This document shows positions 55,053 through 64,000 of a stretch of DNA of 64,000 nucleotides, one piece after another. Every line of letters starts with the position of its first letter. The first letter of the stretch is position 1. A model generated the notes under the pieces. The model was not told the origin of the DNA. It searched no databases and saw only the letters and a program-made list of their open reading frames with translations. This DNA comes from the human T2T-CHM13v2.0 reference genome, Homo sapiens, in NCBI RefSeq assembly GCF_009914755.1, contig NC_060926.1. One strand, given 5' to 3'. The translations under genes were made by a program, and so were the position numbers.

Positions 55053-55979
55053 AGGGACGTTTGAGTTTCAGGACCAGGCAGAAGCCACCCCAGGCCCTTC
55101 TCTCCTTTGCCTCTTTGTTTCAGTGTCTGGGCTCCTTGTAGTCTCTGAGGGAAGAGTCTTCGGAGAAAATGAGAACAGAGAGGGGAGGAGGAACTGGGGA
55201 GTGGGAAGAGGGCAGAGGCCTGTACTATGTCCCTCTGGGAGGGGCAGGACACAGAGGTGGGGAGGCCAGCCCTGGACATGGGACCCCCCTCAAACTGGGC
55301 ACAAAGGCCCCCAAAATGGCCTGGGGGCAGAGTCTCAGCCTCATGAGGCCCTTGAGAGTGACAGGCCCCTTGCCTGTCCACATTTCTGGGCAACCTCCTG
55401 GATTCTTGGGTGACCCTCACTGGATGGGGCCTAAAAATGACCAAGATGAAGTTTCCTCCTCCTCAGGCACCATGGGAGCTCAGAGTTGGAGCTGAGTTGA
55501 TTTCAGGAGCGTTTCCTGCCACCTGGGTTGGTGGACTAAGCTCCACGCTCTCCATACGAGGCACTGCTCAGTCCCCTTCACCACATTGCTCTCTACAACA
55601 CCATCACCCACTTGGAGGATGCTTTACACAGTGACTTCACGATCATCTTCTAGTACCTGAACAGGCCTAAATTGTGCCCATTTAATGGGTGAAAAAACTA
55701 GGGCTCAGAAAATAGAATGAGATTTCCCCCTGCCGCTGGCCTGCCCCAGAGAGCAGGGAGCCTCATTGTCGCTGGGTTCCACCACCTGGGCAGGCCTCCG
55801 AGGGAGAAACCAAGTCTGTACAGGGAGCACGTGGGCAGCCTGCCCTCCCCCATGGCCCCTTCAGTGACTTAGTAGGATGCAGCACCAGTCACAGCTTCTA
55901 GATGCTCACCTGACTCTGGCTGTGTGTCACCTTGAGTGGAAGCTAAAGATCTAAACACTGACAAAAATTCCTGCAGGTG

Positions 55980-57675
<1,696 letters not shown>

Positions 57676-57756
57676 TGATGGAAGGGGCCCTGAGGAAGTG
57701 ATCCTAACTGCAAATCTCTCCCTACGGGCTCCTTCCTCTCTCCCTCCCTCTCATCT

Positions 57757-57814
57757 ATCCATCCATCCATCCATCCATCCATCCATCCATCCATCCATCC
57801 ATCCTTCCATCCAT
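57757..57814. repeat. (TCCA)n tetranucleotide microsatellite
   Basis: Direct reading. Confidence 0.95.
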
Positions 57815-57916
57815 CGGGCACAAGAGCTGCAATGCTCAGGAGGCCTTACAACAAGGATCTACTCTTCAGAGCTACCCTTTGAAGTGGACACTCTGTGATT
57901 AAATCTCTTCTATTAA

Positions 57917-58189
<273 letters not shown>

Positions 58190-58528
58190 CTAAGATTTTT
58201 AAATTGACCACTTATGTGGGAATTAATTGATCAGAGCTTTCTGGCCATATGGGTAGCTGAAAGGGGAGGAGGCACAGGAGGTACCAGCTGTACTAAAGAA
58301 AAAAATAAAGGGAGAGGTTGGCGGCAACTGGTGCCTCATGGGACAGACGCACCTGGGTGAGGACAGGAGGACACTGGGCACTAGGAGTCGTCAAGCAGAG
58401 CAGGGAAGACAGAGTCATGCAGGCTGGGCAGTCCTGGGGGCTGCTTCCCCCCTTCTCAGGCCTGCAGCTGGTCACCACAAAACCTTAGGCCTCTGAAGTG
58501 TGGCCCCTCAGACCTGGAAGCCCTTTAA

Positions 58529-58945
<417 letters not shown>

Positions 58946-59680
58946 TGAGTATTTCTGTCTTTTTCTCATTGGAGCGTCTTGTACTGGATGCTCAAGTTCT
59001 AGTGGCCTCCCCATGAACACATTTTTGCAGGATTTGGCCAAGAGCAAAGTAAAAAGAAGAGCTGGTTTTGAAAAGGCAGAAGTAGGAAGAAGCAAATGGG
59101 GATTTCAGCACTGGCCTGAGTTCTGTTCCCTAGGGCATAGGGAATTCTGTGAAGAGCAGGTGAGGATTTGGCCTGGGACTCTCAGGGAGGGACCAGAAGG
59201 CAGGAGGCCTCAGAGCAGGGCAGCCTTTTGGGCAAAGCTGCCACCTCCTGCTCGGGCCCAGCTAGGCTGAGCTGGGCTGGGCTGGATGTGGCAGGCAGGG
59301 AGATGGTGTGTTGAAATTAAAATTGGTGGAGGAATCTGAGGAATGGGGGAGGGTAGGGGAGCAGTAATTACACAGTTCTGTGAATGAGGGCTGACCTGGA
59401 GGGCCTAAGCGGGCACTGGTGTGGAGGTGGGAAGGTGAGGGATTCTCATGTGCGGTGGTCAACAGTTCTGCTTGTCCAGCAACTTCTGCTTCCCTTATTC
59501 TGGACAGCACCTCACTTTTCTGAGGGGGAACTACTTCTCCCCCAGTTCCATCATGGTACTGGTGGGGCTGTCAGCCCAGGATCCAAGCCAGCCAGTAAGA
59601 CTGTCTGAGAGATTTGAACCTGGAGGTCACACAAGGAGACTAGCACTGCCTCTGCCCAGAAGCAGTCTTCCTATTCCTGA

Positions 59681-60071
<391 letters not shown>

Positions 60072-60261
60072 TAAATGCTCTTTTTGGCTTAAGTTCATTA
60101 AATCCAAACTGATACCTCATGCAAAACCTGAGCTATGGTAATAATAATCCCCATTATTTACAGCATGAATACACTGAGTTCTACCATGTGCTGAGAACAG
60201 TGTGGGACACATCACACACATTAATCTAATCTAATTCTCATTTTACAGATGCAGAAACTAG

Positions 60262-60874
<613 letters not shown>

Positions 60875-63172
60875 CAGGTCCAGCTTTATCTGGCTTCCAA
60901 ACCTACGCTCTTTTCTTTGCTCTTCCCTCTCTTCCTTCCTTCCTTCTCTCCTTCCCTTCTTTCCTTCCTTCCCTTTTTTCTCTTTCTTTTGGAATCAGAC
61001 CTCAGGGACAGATTGCTGAGTTAGCCACACTCCTCATTTCCTGGCACCTGATCGCCACTGGTTCATGCGAAGTCCTTCCCTTGTTTCATGACGCACATTC
61101 TTCCCATCTCACTAAATCCCCTTCCCATGGCCCCATGATCATGGCTCACATGTGATGGGCCCTGGCCTTTCACCAACAGTCACTCCAGATACTTGGTTGT
61201 GTCAAGCCTTTGGGTTTCTTTGTGTCCTTGGGGATCAAAATCCACTTAGACTTAGGAAACTTTTCAGCAGTTCCATCCATTGGCCAACCCATCAGCCCTG
61301 TTATGGGCTCAGCTCTGGGCTGGGCTGAGATATAGAACTAGTAAGAAAGGGAAACTTCAAGAAGTTTAAAATTCCTTCCATTCAACAAATGCATATGGGG
61401 CACTGACTTCCTGTGCAGGTCCAGGATAGAAAGATGAATACAACTTTCTGGCGCCTGAGACCATGAGCCTTATTAAGCAATTACTACCTTGGGTCACAGA
61501 CTGCTGTAGACGAGGTGGTGAAGAGCTCAGACAGACATGGAACCCAGCCCTGGACATGAAGCAGATGGCAGTGTTAGCCACAGAAATCACAAAGAACCAC
61601 ACACCTACGTAAGCACAACCGTTTCTGCTCACCCGTCTCGGCATTGTGCAATCACAGTTGGCAAGACGGCTCATCGAATTTGGAGGGGAAGTTTGGAATG
61701 GCCAGACTTAAAACGCAGACTATGTGGCAAGCAGTAATAAAAACTCACTGTCGGGACAGGGGGAATACCTCAGAGAAGGAAGCAGTCATCCTTGACTTAT
61801 GGAGACTCAGAGCAGGGGGCCTGTCAGACTGTTGAGTGGGACACAGATGTGCCCATCCATATATGCCTGCCCATGAACAAGTAAGCAAGGCGTCTAATAT
61901 GAATCCCAATCAAAAGACACAAGTGCAGAAAGCTCTGCCCTCAGGTAGATTCATAGCTGAGCCTGCTTCCTGCATGGGCAACTCTATCTACATGAGGCCC
62001 AGGACACATGGCAGTGGGTAGTTTAGCTAACAGGGGGAATGGTCCTCCCCAGCAACCCCTCTGCTTAGCAGCTGAGAAGGCAGCAGTGAGCACTCCCCTC
62101 GCTCAGAGAGACACAAGTATGCCCAGAATGGAATCTGCTCATGAGGGGCTGCCCTCTGGGGTAGGTCAAGGCCTCCCAAACCAGCACATCCATGTGGGAA
62201 CACCTACAAAGGCTCTATAACTCAGGTCTGTGTCCCCAGCCCAGCAGTGCTGAGCAGGAGGGAGCCCACACTGGAAGTGGGATGACAACTTCCCAGACCC
62301 TCGTTCATGCAGCAGACCACAGGCGCTGCCCTGGGTTCTGATAGCAGTACCAGCTCCTCTTCAGGACCTGGGGACCCTTTAATCCAGATGGTGGGGGACA
62401 AGAGAACCATGAGACCCCTTTCTAGGGGGCCCTAACTGCTGCCCTGCTGGGCCAGGTGTCACCTTGCTGTGTCTGCTTTGATCACACCCATTGGGACATT
62501 TGTGGTTCCAGCTGTGCACACGTCTCACTGTGAGCCAGGAGAGTGGGAAAGGACTGGGAGGTCACTTAGTGGGCAGACTCTCAGCCTGCTCTGGCTGGAG
62601 CTGAAGAGGCGTCCTGTCGCACAGTACACAACACATACTATGCAATGCTGTCCACCCCAGCCTTGCCTTGTGGGGTCTGGGGCCTGGCAGAGAGGGGGCT
62701 TAGAACTGTGGAGAAAGCCCTGCAGAGGATGTGCACCTTCCTCTGGGCTTTGAGAGATGAGCCACCTTGGGTTAGGAAGGAGGAGTAGGAATGCTGCTCC
62801 CGGAAAAGGGATCAGGGAACAGCCGGAACGAAGATGCAGGGGTGGGAATGCGTGAGAAGTCTGGCCTGAGTGAGGGGAAGGCATTGGGAGGAGGAGTTCT
62901 GAAACACAGCAAACCACTAGGCCAATCGCCATCCCCTCCTGGTTCTTTCACTACAGCACCAGACACAGAAGCCGCGATGTTCCCCAAGGCTACATCCTTC
63001 TGGGCATCTCCTGTCTCCCTTCTCCTATCCCTCATCCCTGGTCCAAACAGCCAAGCCCCAGGATCACAGGAAACCCACGGTGGGCTATCCTTGGCCCCTG
63101 ACACTTCAGTCCCATTCCTCTGGGCCTCTTGACTCTTATCTTTGCCCTGGATGGACTTTTACATTCACGTTA

Positions 63173-63490
<318 letters not shown>

Positions 63491-63734
63491 AGGATGGTTG
63501 TCTCAGAGCTGAACAGGGACTGGAATGGGAAGGTCTTTGGACCCTGTGTGGGTAGGACACTTACTGACTGGGTGCCACCTTCAGGTAGGAGAGTGCCCAG
63601 GTACAGCTGCTCTGAGGCCAAGGCCTCCCATTCATTCATCCAACAAATACTTATCAAGCACCTACAATGTGCCAGGCACTGCCCTAGTCTCCGGGGGTGC
63701 ACCCGTGATGAAGAGGTTTAAAACCCCTGCCACA

Positions 63735-64000
63735 ATGGGGAGAATGTGGAGAAACTGGAATCTGTGTGCATTGCCAGTGGGTATGTAAAGTAGTATACAG
63801 CCACTGTGGAAAATGATATGGTGGTTCCCCAAGAAGTTAAACATAGAATTACCATATGATGCAGCAATTCCACTTCTTTAGGTATAGACCCAAAAGAACT
63901 GAAAGCAGGGATTCAAACAGATATTTGCGCACCCATGTTCACAGCAGCATTATTGGTTTGCAATAGCTGAAAGGAAGAAACAACCCAAGCGCCCACGCAT
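63735..64000 (+). mobile_element. L1MB-like ORF2 C-terminal fragment, running off the window
   Basis: gtggagaaactggaa...cagccactgtggaaaa...aaacatagaattaccatatgatgcagcaattccactt...cccatgttcacagcagcattatt. Confidence 0.85.

Overview
Human (primate) genomic DNA; no prokaryotic features. It contains the 3' half of MXD1 (MAD1, a bHLH-ZIP MAX partner; + strand): three coding exons and a ~4.7 kb 3'UTR ending near 18665. About 17 kb further on is the convergent, intronless ASPRV1/SASPase gene (- strand), a domesticated Ty3/Gypsy-type gag-capsid plus aspartic protease. From recalled locus knowledge, 38-64 kb is transcribed as the PCBP1-AS1 lncRNA, but I cannot derive its exons. The rest is dense in Alu, L1, L2, MIR and MER DNA-transposon relics; repeat boundaries and subfamilies are approximate by-eye calls. 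Most notable observations: the gag-protease architecture and ambiguous start codon of ASPRV1; a 35-nt 3'-truncated U2 snRNA retrocopy with target-site duplication; a NAGNAG acceptor inside an EEIDV (MYC box IIIb-like) motif of MXD1; an orphan CpG-rich patch built on an L2; and two Alus inserted at one site, leaving a triplicated TSD. I found no evidence of a wholly new multi-gene system. Nearly all listed ORFs are Alu, low-complexity or chance ORFs.
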